The position numbers were made by a program, and so were the translations under genes. 64,000 nucleotides of DNA from Alphaproteobacteria bacterium (lineage in GTDB: Bacteria; Pseudomonadota; Alphaproteobacteria; MPNO01). Positions 10,625-19,847 of this stretch are shown here, piece by piece. The first letter of the stretch is position 1. Each line of letters begins with the position of its first letter. Location: NCBI GenBank assembly GCA_964291675.2, contig OZ219866.1, forward strand, positions 3,392,001 through 3,456,000, read 5' to 3'. The notes under the pieces were generated by a model. The model ran no database searches. It saw only the letters and a program-made list of their open reading frames with translations, and was not told the origin of the DNA.

Positions 10625-11349
10625 TCGGGCGGTTCCCAGATCCCCTTGGTTTCGCCCCGTTTCCAGAACACCAGGAAATAGGAATGGTTCTTGCGGGCAT
10701 GCACCTGACGGACGGTGCGGCTGACGCCCGGTCGATTGTTTCGCGCCGCCACGAAGAGGTCTTCGGCGACGTAGCCCATGCCCTCGTACATTTGAATGAT
10801 CTCGACATGGGTAAAGCGCTGGCGGTTCGAACAAACCTCGTCCTGGCACTTGACGATCAGCACCCCCTTGTCGCGCAGCACGCGATACGCTTCCTCGCCG
10901 CCCTCGCGATAGAGGTCCAGAACCGCTTCGTGATACTTCCCGCCGGTCCGATTGCCGCTTCCGTTGTTGCGGTAGTGGTCCTCGAATGGAGGCTGCGATC
11001 CGTGCGCCGTCCCACCGGGCGAGTGCATGTAGGGCGGGTCCAGGACCACGCAGTCGATTTCGCCGTCCTCATAAGGAAGGTCGCGGCAATCCACCCCTGT
11101 CTGGATGTCGCTCGCCAGAACTTCGTAGCGATCTTCGGGCACGTGCCGCCAGAACACGCCCTTGCCAAACGTCACATCGGCGACCACGCTGCCCGGGCTC
11201 ACATAAAGACCGAGCACGCGGGGAAAGATGCGATCGTTGCCGTCCGCGTAGGCGCTGAAGATCAGATCGTTGGTCGCTTCGCCGTTGCGAACCCGGCGCT
11301 TTTCCTTGTCCTGTCGGTCGGGTTCGGGAACGGTGGCATCCACGCGCAT
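10621..11349 (-). CDS. Amino-DNA methyltransferase (m6A/m4C)
   Basis: SAM-binding motif DVTFGKGVFW followed by catalytic VLDPPY; RVLRDKGVLIVKCQD. Confidence 0.85.
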   Translation of the reverse strand: MRVDATVPEPDRQDKEKRRVRNGEATNDLIFSAYADGNDRIFPRVLGLYVSPGSVVADVTFGKGVFWRHVPEDRYEVLASDIQTGVDCRDLPYEDGEIDCVVLDPPYMHSPGGTAHGSQPPFEDHYRNNGSGNRTGGKYHEAVLDLYREGGEEAYRVLRDKGVLIVKCQDEVCSNRQRFTHVEIIQMYEGMGYVAEDLFVAARNNRPGVSRTVRQVHARKNHSYFLVFWKRGETKGIWEPPE

Positions 11350-11378
11350 CAGGCAGTCCAATGCTTGGCCGTGAGGAT

Positions 11379-11393
11379 GTTCTTATTTTGTTC
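11379..11393. promoter_or_regulatory. Alphaproteobacterial LexA (SOS) box GTTC-N7-GTTC
   Basis: GTTC TTATTTT GTTC, 30 bp upstream of the MTase ATG, overlapping the predicted -10. Confidence 0.7.
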
Positions 11394-11413
11394 CTCGGCG
11401 CAGGTCTTGTCAA
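11385..11413 (-). promoter_or_regulatory. sigma70-type promoter for the MTase-nuclease operon
   Basis: TTGACA (11413-11408), 17-nt spacer, CAAAAT (11390-11385). Confidence 0.6.
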
Positions 11414-11609
11414 CCGCTGTCTGGCAGCAAGATAGACGAGCCGTTTCGGCCGACCAAGCCTCTCCGATTCGCTCCAGCATGAACCGTGAGATCGCCTGCG
11501 TGAACGCGATCCCGCGACTCAACCGACGCCTCTCCCGTTTCGGCGCAGCATGGTATTCCACTAAAATGCGGCGCCCGGGGAAACCGCCCGGAGCGGGAGG
11601 AAGACGGCG

Positions 11610-13145
11610 ATGCTGACCATGGTCTCCGCGATGGATCGGGCGCGGCGGCTCTATGCGGCGCGGACCGCGGTGGTCGACGACGAGCGCGTGTTCACCTGGG
11701 GCGAATTCGTCGACCGGGCGCGCCGCGCGGCGAGCGTGCTCGACGGGCTCGGCGTCGGCCCGGGCGAGCGCTACGCGATCCTCTCGCGCAACACCTTCCG
11801 CAACGCCGAGCTGATGCATGCCGGGTACTGGTCGGGCCGGGTGCCGGTGCCGGTCAATATCCGGCTCGCGGGCCCCGAGATCCGCCACATCCTCGACGAT
11901 TCGGATTGCCGGCTGCTGGTCGTCGACGAGGCGCTGACCGAGCTCGCAAACGCCGACGAGCTCGCCCCGTGGCGCGAGCGGACCCTGCCGGTCGCGTCGC
12001 AATACGAGGCGCTGCTCGCCGACGCGGTGCCCGCCGACGCGCATGAGGCGCGCGAGGACGACACCGCCGTGCTGCTCTATACCGGCGGCACCACGGGGCG
12101 CTCCAAGGGCGTGCCCTTGAGCCACCGCAACGTGTTCGCCAACGGCCAGCAATGCGCGATCGCGCTGGGCGCGAGGACCGACGATGTGTTTCTCCACGCA
12201 GCGCCGATGTTCCACTCGGCCGACCTGCTGGGGACCGCCTACACGTTGCAGGGCGCGGCGCACATGTTCCTGCCGGTCTTCTCGCCGGAATCGGTGCTGC
12301 GCGCGATGGAGCGCCACGGCGTCACCGTCGCCTTCCTCGCGCCGACGATGATCATCATGGTCCTGCAGGACCCGTCCTTCGCGGATTGCGATCTGGCGAA
12401 GCTGCGGCTGCTGTTCTACGGCTCCTCGCCGATGGCCGTCGAGTGGATTCGCCGCGCGATGGAGGCGCTCCCGGGCGCCGAGATCCAGCAGGGCTACGGG
12501 CTTACCGAGACCTCGCCGATCCTGACGACGCTCGACCCGGACGAGCACCGGAACGCGCTCGAAAGCGGGCGCTACGACCGGCTCAAGGCGGCCGGGCGGC
12601 CGGTCACCGGGGTCGACATGCGCATCGTCGACGGCAACGGCGCCGAGGTGCCGCTCGGCGAGGCGGGCGAGGTGGCGGTGCGCGGCCCCAACGTGACGGC
12701 CGGCTATCTCAACCGGCCCGAGGAGACCGCGGCGGCGTTCCGCGGCGGCTGGTTTCATACCGGCGATATCGGGCGGATCGACGAGGACGGGTTCATGTAC
12801 CTCCTCGACCGCAAGAAGGACATGGTGATCACCGGCGGCGAGAACGTCTATTCCTCCGAGGTCGAGGCGGTGCTCTACCAGCACCCCGGGGTCAACGAGG
12901 CGGCGGTGGTCGGCGTGCCGGACGAGAAATACGGCGAGGCGCTGTTCGCGGTGATCGTGCCCGCGCCCGGCGCCGCGCTGGATGCCGAGGAGATGATCGC
13001 CCATTGCCGCGAACGCATCGGCGGCTACAAGATCCCCCGCCGCATGGCCTTCGTCGACGCGATGCCGAAGAGCGCCATGGGCAAGATCCTCAAGACCGAG
13101 CTGCGCCGCATCTACGGCGGCGGGGCCCGACGGGAGACGACATGA
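11610..13145 (+). CDS. Long-chain fatty-acid--CoA ligase (AMP-binding family)
   Basis: LYTGGTTGRSKG, QGYGLTET, FHTGDIG, DRKKDMVITGGENVYS, GKILK. Confidence 0.93.
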   Translation: MLTMVSAMDRARRLYAARTAVVDDERVFTWGEFVDRARRAASVLDGLGVGPGERYAILSRNTFRNAELMHAGYWSGRVPVPVNIRLAGPEIRHILDDSDCRLLVVDEALTELANADELAPWRERTLPVASQYEALLADAVPADAHEAREDDTAVLLYTGGTTGRSKGVPLSHRNVFANGQQCAIALGARTDDVFLHAAPMFHSADLLGTAYTLQGAAHMFLPVFSPESVLRAMERHGVTVAFLAPTMIIMVLQDPSFADCDLAKLRLLFYGSSPMAVEWIRRAMEALPGAEIQQGYGLTETSPILTTLDPDEHRNALESGRYDRLKAAGRPVTGVDMRIVDGNGAEVPLGEAGEVAVRGPNVTAGYLNRPEETAAAFRGGWFHTGDIGRIDEDGFMYLLDRKKDMVITGGENVYSSEVEAVLYQHPGVNEAAVVGVPDEKYGEALFAVIVPAPGAALDAEEMIAHCRERIGGYKIPRRMAFVDAMPKSAMGKILKTELRRIYGGGARRETT

Positions 13146-13555
13146 AGGACAGCTTGAAGCCGGGGCTCGGCGTCGCGCGCCGGTTCGATATCCCGCGCGA
13201 GAGCACCATCGACGTGCTCGGCGAGGACCGGCGGGTGTATGCCACGCCCGCCATGGTGCGCGACATCGAGATTGCCTGCCTGGAGATGATCGCCGAACAT
13301 CTCGATCCGGGCGAGGCGACGGTCGGCATGCGGGTCGCGGTCGACCATCTCGGCGCCTCGCTGGAGGGCTCCTGGGTCGAAATCGCCGCCAGCGTCGCCG
13401 AGATCGACGGCAGGCGGGTCACGCTCGACGTCGAGGTCCGCGACCCGGTCGAGGTGGTCGGCAGGGGAAGTCACGTCCGCTTCGTGGTCGACCTCGCGCG
13501 GCAGGCCGGGCGGGTCGACGCCAAGCGCGCGCAGCTCGCCGGCGAGACCGCATGA
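13142..13555 (+). CDS. Hotdog-fold thioesterase (FlK-like)
   Basis: VYATPAMVRDIE, TVGMRVAVDHL, VGRGSHVRFVV; ATGA overlaps on both sides. Confidence 0.85.
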   Translation: MKDSLKPGLGVARRFDIPRESTIDVLGEDRRVYATPAMVRDIEIACLEMIAEHLDPGEATVGMRVAVDHLGASLEGSWVEIAASVAEIDGRRVTLDVEVRDPVEVVGRGSHVRFVVDLARQAGRVDAKRAQLAGETA

Positions 13556-14271
13556 TCGACGCCAGGCGGCGGCTGATCGTCGCCCTCGACGTGCGCACCG
13601 TCGACGAGGCGCGGGCGCTGATCGAGACCCTCGGCGACGCGGCGGCCTATTACAAGATCGGCCCCTGGCTGCTCTATGCGCGGGGCGTCGAGGGGCTGAT
13701 CGATTCTGTGCTCAGGGCCGGCAAGGAGCTGTTCCTCGACTGCAAGATGTACGACATCGGCGAGACCGTGCGCGAAGGAGTCGCCAGCCTGGCGGCGCGC
13801 GGGGTGAGCCTGGTGACCGTCCACGGCAACCGCGACATCCTGCTCGCCGCCAACGAGGCCAAGCGGGGCTCGGCGCTCAAGGTGTTCGCGATCTCGGTGC
13901 TGACCAATCTCGACGATGACGACATGCGCGAGCTCGGCTATCTCCGCCCGGTCGAGGAGCTGGTCGAGATCCGCGTCAGGAAGGCGATGGAGTACGGCTG
14001 CGACGGGTTGATCGCCGCGCCGCGGGACGCGGCGAAAATCCGCGCCATCGCGCCGCGCGAAAGACTGTTGCTCGGAACCCCGGGGGTGCGCCCGGCCGGG
14101 CACGGCGCGGACGACCACAAGCGCGGCGGCACGCCGATCGAGGCGATCCGGGCGGGGGCCGACTACATCGTCATGGGCCGCCCCATCGTGCGCGCCGCCG
14201 ATCCCGCATCGGTCGCGCGCGCGGTCGCGGCCGAGATGCAGGCCGCCTTCGACGAGCGAAAGGAGGGGTAG
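13552..14271 (+). CDS. pyrF: Orotidine-5'-phosphate decarboxylase
   Basis: LIVALD, FLDCKMYDIGETV (DxKxxDIxxT), TPGVRP, GADYIVMGRPI. Confidence 0.9.
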   Translation: MIDARRRLIVALDVRTVDEARALIETLGDAAAYYKIGPWLLYARGVEGLIDSVLRAGKELFLDCKMYDIGETVREGVASLAARGVSLVTVHGNRDILLAANEAKRGSALKVFAISVLTNLDDDDMRELGYLRPVEELVEIRVRKAMEYGCDGLIAAPRDAAKIRAIAPRERLLLGTPGVRPAGHGADDHKRGGTPIEAIRAGADYIVMGRPIVRAADPASVARAVAAEMQAAFDERKEG

Positions 14272-14272
14272 G

Positions 14273-14827
14273 GTGCCGTTCTTCAGATCGCTGCCGGACG
14301 ACGCCGGCCCGGGCAATGTGTTCGAGGCCTATCCGGACATCTACCTGCCCTGGGCGGATACCAGCCAGGCGCTGATGCGCGGCCCGTCGCCGCTCACCCC
14401 GGGCGAGCGCGAGACGATCGCCGCCTTCGTCGTCGGCATCGCGGATTGCCGCTACGCCTGGGTCGCCCACCGGGCGGCCGCGGTCGCCTGGGGGATGGAC
14501 GGCGAGGCGATCGACAGCGCGGTCGAGGATCTGGAGAGCGCGCCCGTCGAGGACCGCTTCAAGCCGCTGCTCGCCTATGCCCGCAAGCTCACTTTGGCGC
14601 CCACGGAGGTAGGCCAGGACGACGCCGACGCGGTGTTCGCGGCCGGCTGGGACGAGAAGGCGCTGCACGACGCGATCGCGGTGACCGCGCGGATGAACTT
14701 CATGTGCCGGCTGGTCCAGGGCTACGGCTTCACCCCGATGAGTGCCGAGAAGGCGCGCGAGAACGCCGAGAGCCGCAAGAAGCTCGGCTACCGCAACCTG
14801 TACCCCAAATTCGCCGGCGGGGACTGA
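14273..14827 (+). CDS. AhpD/CMD-family peroxidase-related protein
   Basis: ALMRGPSPLTPGERETIAAFV...CRYAWVAH, LLAYARKLT, ARMNFMCRLV. Confidence 0.8.
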   Translation: MPFFRSLPDDAGPGNVFEAYPDIYLPWADTSQALMRGPSPLTPGERETIAAFVVGIADCRYAWVAHRAAAVAWGMDGEAIDSAVEDLESAPVEDRFKPLLAYARKLTLAPTEVGQDDADAVFAAGWDEKALHDAIAVTARMNFMCRLVQGYGFTPMSAEKARENAESRKKLGYRNLYPKFAGGD

Positions 14828-14929
14828 TTCCGGGGTCTGCATATTGTTGGCCGCCGGGCTTTGGCATATGGTTTCGAAATACCGCCGGGCACATCGTCGC
14901 GGCCGTCGCGAAAGCACAGGGAGGACGCC

Positions 14930-15409
14930 ATGTCAGCCAGCAAACTGTCTACCGGCGCGGCCGGAATCTTGCTCGCCATCTCTTTGGGCTTCGCCGCCCC
15001 GGCGCCGGTGGCCGCCCAGGATGCCCAGCAGGTCGCCGAGAAGCGCAGCGCGGCCATGAAGGGCATGGGCGGGTCGATGCGGACGATCAAGGGATACACC
15101 GGCGGCCGCGGCTCCAAGGACGACGCCCTCAAGGCGGTCGCGGTGATCTCGGAGACCGCGCCCGGGATCCTGGCGCTGTTTCCCAAGGGAACCGGCATGG
15201 AAGCCCTGCCGAAATCCGAGGCCAAGCCGGTGATCTGGGAGAAGTGGGACGAGTTCGGCGCCGCCGCCAAGACGCTCGGCGAGAAGGCCGCCGTCCTCGC
15301 CGCCGCCATCGAGGGCGGCGACAAGGCCAAGATCGGCGCGGCGTTCGGCGAGCTCGGCCGGGTGGGCTGCGGCGGGTGCCACCGGGTGTTCCGCGAGAAG
15401 CGGAACTGA
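14930..15409 (+). CDS. Cytochrome c' / c556 (class II)
   Basis: Signal peptide, KPVIWEKWDEF, C-terminal CGGCH heme motif; GGGAGG RBS. Confidence 0.9.
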   Translation: MSASKLSTGAAGILLAISLGFAAPAPVAAQDAQQVAEKRSAAMKGMGGSMRTIKGYTGGRGSKDDALKAVAVISETAPGILALFPKGTGMEALPKSEAKPVIWEKWDEFGAAAKTLGEKAAVLAAAIEGGDKAKIGAAFGELGRVGCGGCHRVFREKRN

Positions 15410-15423
15410 TCGCCCGCGTATCC

Positions 15424-16125
15424 TCAGAGCACCCTCCGGGCGAGCTCGATCCCGCCGACCACGACGACGATCGCAAGCCCGAGCACCAGCACCGCCCGCC
15501 CGTCGCCGGCGATGCGCGGCGCCTTGCGCCCGTCCGGCACCGGCCCGCGCCCCGTCACCATGGCGGCGGTGAGGTTCTCGCGCTTGTAGACCAGGTGGAA
15601 CAGGACCGCCGCGAGGTGCAATCCGACCAGGACCAGCAGGATGTCGACGACCAGCGCATGCAGTTCCGACGCCTCGCGCGCGAGGTCGTAGCTGACCAGG
15701 AACGATAGCGGGCCCTCGTTGAGCCCGTCGACGTCGGCGGCGAACAGGCCGAGACCGGTCTGCAGCAGGAGCAGACCCAGCATGGCGAGAACGGAAAACC
15801 CGCCGAGCGGGTTGTGGCCGCCATAGCGGTCCGGCACGCGGCGCGGCACCGTCCGAAGATAGGCAAGCACCGTCGCGGGCGACCGGAAGAGGGCGAGGAG
15901 CCGCGACGTCTCGCTGCCGACGAGTCCCCAGACGATCCGCGCGACCACCAGCACCAGCAGCGCCTGGCCGGCCGGGATGTGGATGTCGAAGCGGCCCTGG
16001 CTGCCGCTCACGTAGCAGACCACGAACAAAATCGCGAGCAGCCAGTGGAAGATCCGCGTCGGACGGTCCCAGATCGGGACCCTGCGCGAGGTTTCGCCTG
16101 CCGCGCCACGGTCCTCATCCGCCAC
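15424..16125 (-). CDS. Cytochrome b (b/b6, Ni-hydrogenase-type) membrane protein
   Basis: IWDRPTRIFHWL, RIVWGLVGSETSR, GHNPLGG, LHLAAVLFH; convergent with cytochrome c'. Confidence 0.88.
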   Translation of the reverse strand: MADEDRGAAGETSRRVPIWDRPTRIFHWLLAILFVVCYVSGSQGRFDIHIPAGQALLVLVVARIVWGLVGSETSRLLALFRSPATVLAYLRTVPRRVPDRYGGHNPLGGFSVLAMLGLLLLQTGLGLFAADVDGLNEGPLSFLVSYDLAREASELHALVVDILLVLVGLHLAAVLFHLVYKRENLTAAMVTGRGPVPDGRKAPRIAGDGRAVLVLGLAIVVVVGGIELARRVL

Positions 16126-16207
16126 CTGTCCCACCCTCCTTCGCGCCGCCCGGGACGCAAGCATCCCCCGCCCCAGGGCGGCCGGTCAAGGCGGGCGGCC
16201 GCCGCCC

Positions 16208-16298
16208 GTGGGTGCCCGGATCAAGTCCGGGCATGACGAGGGGTGTTGGCGCTTCCCCCACTACGTCATGGCCGGACTTGTTCCGGCCACCCATGCGG
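16208..16298. repeat. REP-like family A element (two units plus spacer)
   Basis: TGGGTGCCCGGATCAAGTCCGGGCATGACG-spacer-CGTCATGGCCGGACTTGTTCCGGCCACCCA. Confidence 0.8.
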
Positions 16299-16436
16299 CC
16301 CTTCCGCCCGCAAGGTGGTGGGTCGGAAGGGTGCCCGGCGCCGTGCCAGATCCGGGTGCGACGAAGGCCGTGGCATTGGCGGGAGAACCGGTCTACGCTC
16401 GCCCCATCCTCCGTCCCCGAGGCACCGATTTTTCCA

Positions 16437-17183
16437 ATGGGTTCCCGCGTCCTCTTCCTGTTCCTCGCCGGTCTGGCTCTTGCCTTTCCGGCCGGCGCCG
16501 GCGCCCAGCCCGTCGAAGAGGCACGGGCGGCCCATGCGGAGGGGCGGTTCGCCGAGGCGGCGCGGATCGGCGCTTCCGTCGGCACCTCGGAAGGCTACGC
16601 GCTGGCTGCCCGGGCGCTCGCCTATCACGCCCATTTCCTGGCGCCTCACGACCGGAAGGAGGGCCTTCTGGACGAGGCCGCCGCGCTGGCGGAGAAGGCC
16701 GTCCGGGCCGATCCGGACAACCCGGAGGCGCATCTCCAGGTCGCCCACACCATCGGCCGGCTGTCGCAGGCCATCGGCTCGTTCGAAGCGGCCAACCGCG
16801 GCTATGCCGAGAAGATCCGCGAGGCGGCGGAGAACGCGCTCAAGCTGAATCCCGGGATGGCCGCCGCCCATCTCGCGATGGGCGCCTGGCACGCCGAGGT
16901 GGTCGCCGCGGTCGGGTCGTTCCTCGCCCGCATCACCTACGGCGCGCGCGAGAGGGATGCGATCGCCCATTTCGACAAGGCCGTGAAGGGTGCGCCGCAG
17001 GTGAAGGCGGTGTATCTGGAATATGCGCTCGGCTTGCTGGCGCTCGACGAGGACGAGTACCGCGACAGGGCGCGCGGCCTGCTCGCCCGTGCCATCGAGA
17101 TACCGGCGAAGGACGCCTATGACCGGATTCTTCATCGGAATGCGGTCGAGCGCCTCAAGGCGCTCGACGCGTCCGGCGGGTGA
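16437..17183 (+). CDS. Secreted TPR-like helical-repeat protein
   Basis: Signal peptide ending AGA-Q; AEKAVRADPDNPEAHL and ENALKLNPGMAAAHL repeats. Confidence 0.7.
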   Translation: MGSRVLFLFLAGLALAFPAGAGAQPVEEARAAHAEGRFAEAARIGASVGTSEGYALAARALAYHAHFLAPHDRKEGLLDEAAALAEKAVRADPDNPEAHLQVAHTIGRLSQAIGSFEAANRGYAEKIREAAENALKLNPGMAAAHLAMGAWHAEVVAAVGSFLARITYGARERDAIAHFDKAVKGAPQVKAVYLEYALGLLALDEDEYRDRARGLLARAIEIPAKDAYDRILHRNAVERLKALDASGG

Positions 17184-17248
17184 GCGCCTTGCCGCGCCGC
17201 CGGGATTCGGCAATCGTAGGATGAATCAGCGACGATCGGGGGCCACCG

Positions 17249-18202
17249 ATGAACGAGAAAGAGATTTACCTCAACGGCGCGTTCGTGCCCGAGAGCGAGG
17301 CCAGGGTCTCGGTGCTGGACTGGGGATTTTCGGGCGGCGACGGGGTCTATGAGGTCGCCCGCACCTTCGCCGGAAAGCTGTTCCGGCTGGAGACCCATCT
17401 CGCGCGGCTGTTCCGCTCGCTCGCCTATACGCGGATCGATTGCGGGCTGAGCCGGGAGGAGATCGCGGCGATCGGCGAGGAGACCGTCGCGCGCAACCTG
17501 CCGCTGCTCGAGGACGGCAGCGACTACGCGCTGTGGATGGTGATCAGCCGCGGCGACCGCCGGCTCGGCGATGCGGCGCCGGCGACGGTGACGATGTACT
17601 GCCTGGAGGTCGCGTTCGCCGGCTTCGCGCACGCGTACCTCAACGGCCTCAAGCTGGTGACGCCGGGGGTGCGGCGCACCCCGCCGCAATGCGCCGACCC
17701 GAAGGCCAAGCTCACCAACCGGATGAACCAGCTCCAGGCCCGGTTCGAGGCGCAGCAATCCGATCCCGAGGCGCTGCCGCTGATGCTCGACATCGACGGC
17801 AACATCGCCGAATCGAACACCGCCAACTTCTTCTTCGTCTCCGGCGGCAGGCTGTGCACGCCGAAGGCGCGCAACGTGCTCGGCGGCATCACCCGCAAGA
17901 CGGTGATCCAGCTCGCCCACGAGCTCGGCATCGAGGTGGTCGAGGACGCGTTCGCGCCCTACGACGTCTACACCGCCGACGAGGCGTTCCTGTCGGGGAC
18001 CAGCGGCACCGTGCTGCCGGCCACGAGCCTGAACGGCTCTGCGATCGGCGACGGCACCCTGCCGGGCCCGGTCACGCTGCGGCTGATCCGCGCCTGGAAC
18101 GAGATGGTGGGGATGGATTTCGTCGCCCAGGCGCTCGGCCATCTCGGCGACAACGAGCGCGGGCCGGCGCTCGCCGAATGGGAACGGCGGCTCGCCGCAT
18201 AG
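17249..18202 (+). CDS. Class IV PLP aminotransferase (BCAT/D-amino-acid transaminase family)
   Basis: GDGVYEV, HLARL, AKLTN, AESNTANFF, LGGITR, ADEAFLSGT. Confidence 0.9.
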   Translation: MNEKEIYLNGAFVPESEARVSVLDWGFSGGDGVYEVARTFAGKLFRLETHLARLFRSLAYTRIDCGLSREEIAAIGEETVARNLPLLEDGSDYALWMVISRGDRRLGDAAPATVTMYCLEVAFAGFAHAYLNGLKLVTPGVRRTPPQCADPKAKLTNRMNQLQARFEAQQSDPEALPLMLDIDGNIAESNTANFFFVSGGRLCTPKARNVLGGITRKTVIQLAHELGIEVVEDAFAPYDVYTADEAFLSGTSGTVLPATSLNGSAIGDGTLPGPVTLRLIRAWNEMVGMDFVAQALGHLGDNERGPALAEWERRLAA

Positions 18203-18213
18203 GGGAGGGGGCG

Positions 18214-18630
18214 ATGTCCGAAGCGTTCGACCTGGCCAAGGCGCTGAGCGCGCTCGCCATCCACGAATGCGACGAGGCGGCGTTCAAGCCGGTCGGGCTC
18301 TGGGACGCCTTCGACTACCGCGACCTCGGCATGGCGGAGGCGACCGGCGGCAAGGTGGGCGCCATCCATCTGCGCGCCAAGGGGCCGTGCCGGCGCGATC
18401 TCGGCTTTCACCGCCACGAGCTCGACTTCCAGATGGTCTATATCCTCAAGGGCTGGGTGACCTACCGATGGCAGGGGCATGCCGAGCCGATCACCGCGCA
18501 TGCAGGCGCCTCGGTCTACTCGCCGCCCGGCGAGGTCCACAACGTGGTCGACTACAGCGAGGACATGGAGGTGATCGAGGTCACCATGCCGGCGGACTAT
18601 CCGACCACAGACATCGAGGTGGCGGGCTGA
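18214..18630 (+). CDS. Cupin-domain protein
   Basis: YRDLGMAEATGGK, HRHELDFQMVYILKGW, PPGEVH. Confidence 0.85.
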   Translation: MSEAFDLAKALSALAIHECDEAAFKPVGLWDAFDYRDLGMAEATGGKVGAIHLRAKGPCRRDLGFHRHELDFQMVYILKGWVTYRWQGHAEPITAHAGASVYSPPGEVHNVVDYSEDMEVIEVTMPADYPTTDIEVAG

Positions 18631-19766
18631 CCGGGGTCACGCCCGTCCGCATCGGGATCGGCGCGCTCTGCGCCGCGCTGCTGCTCGGCGCGGCCCCCGC
18701 CGCAGCGGCGGACGCGCGCGACTACCGCTCGGAAAAGCACGATTTCCGCCTGGTGCCGGTCGGCGGACCGCTCGACCAGGCTTGGGGCATGGCGTTCCTG
18801 CCGGACGGCCGCATCCTGGTCACCGAGAAGGACGGGACTCTCCGCATTCTCGACCGCGGCGGGCGGCCCTCGGCGCCGCTGCGCGGGCTGCCCCGCATCG
18901 AGGCTTACGGCCAGGGCGGGCTGATGGACGTGGCGCTCGACCCCGATTTTGCGCGCAACCGGAGGCTCTATCTGAGCCTCGCCTGGGACGCCAAAGGCGG
19001 CAAGACCACCGCGGTCGCCACCGCGCGGCTGACCAGCGGCCGGCTGGGCGGGTTCAGGCTGATCTTCGCCGCAAGGCCGGGCAGCGGCTCGGGGCGGCAT
19101 TTCGGATCGCGGCTGCGCTTCGGCCCCGACGGCAAGCTTTTCGTCACCGTCGGCGACCGCGGCCACCGGCCGAACGCCCAGGATCTCGGCACCCATGCCG
19201 GCGCGATCCTCAGACTCAACCGCGACGGCAGCGCACCCGCCGACAACCCCTTCGCCGGCCGGGCAGGGGCGCTGGCCGAGATCTGGTCCTACGGGCACCG
19301 CAACCCGCAGGGCCTCGCCTTCGACCCGGCGACCGGCCTGCTGTGGTCGCAGGAGCACGGGCCCAGGGGCGGCGACGAGGTCAACCTGGTCGAGCGCGGG
19401 CGGAACTATGGCTGGCCGGCGATCACCCACGGGCGCAACTATATCGGCACCAAGATCACCGACGAGACCGCGCGGCCCGGCATGGAGCAGCCGAAGACCT
19501 GGTGGGTGCCGTCGATCGCGCCCTCCGGGCTCACCGTCTATCGCGGCGACGCGTTTCCCCGCTGGAGGGGCAACCTGTTCGTCGGCGCGCTGCGGGCGCA
19601 GCTCCTCGTCCGGCTCGAGCTCGACGGCGACAAGGTGGTCCACGAGGAACGCCTGCTGGAGGATTTCGGCAACCGCATCCGCGACGTGCGCAGCGGGCCG
19701 GACGGGTCGATCTACCTGCTGCTCGACGAGAACGACGCCGCCGTCTGGCGGCTGGAGCCGCGCTAG
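18627..19766 (+). CDS. PQQ-dependent sugar dehydrogenase (GSDH/YliI family); start uncertain, probably CTG
   Basis: WGMAFLPDG, GQGGLMDV, HFGSRL, SYGHRNPQG, EHGPRGGDEVN, NYGWP, SIAPSG. Confidence 0.88.
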   Translation: MTGVTPVRIGIGALCAALLLGAAPAAAADARDYRSEKHDFRLVPVGGPLDQAWGMAFLPDGRILVTEKDGTLRILDRGGRPSAPLRGLPRIEAYGQGGLMDVALDPDFARNRRLYLSLAWDAKGGKTTAVATARLTSGRLGGFRLIFAARPGSGSGRHFGSRLRFGPDGKLFVTVGDRGHRPNAQDLGTHAGAILRLNRDGSAPADNPFAGRAGALAEIWSYGHRNPQGLAFDPATGLLWSQEHGPRGGDEVNLVERGRNYGWPAITHGRNYIGTKITDETARPGMEQPKTWWVPSIAPSGLTVYRGDAFPRWRGNLFVGALRAQLLVRLELDGDKVVHEERLLEDFGNRIRDVRSGPDGSIYLLLDENDAAVWRLEPR

Positions 19767-19847
19767 CGGGAGGGGCGGGGACCGCTTGCCCGGCGCGGGC
19801 TTTGCGGCCATCTTGCGAACTCGCCGCGGCGGCTGGAGGGAACGGTC

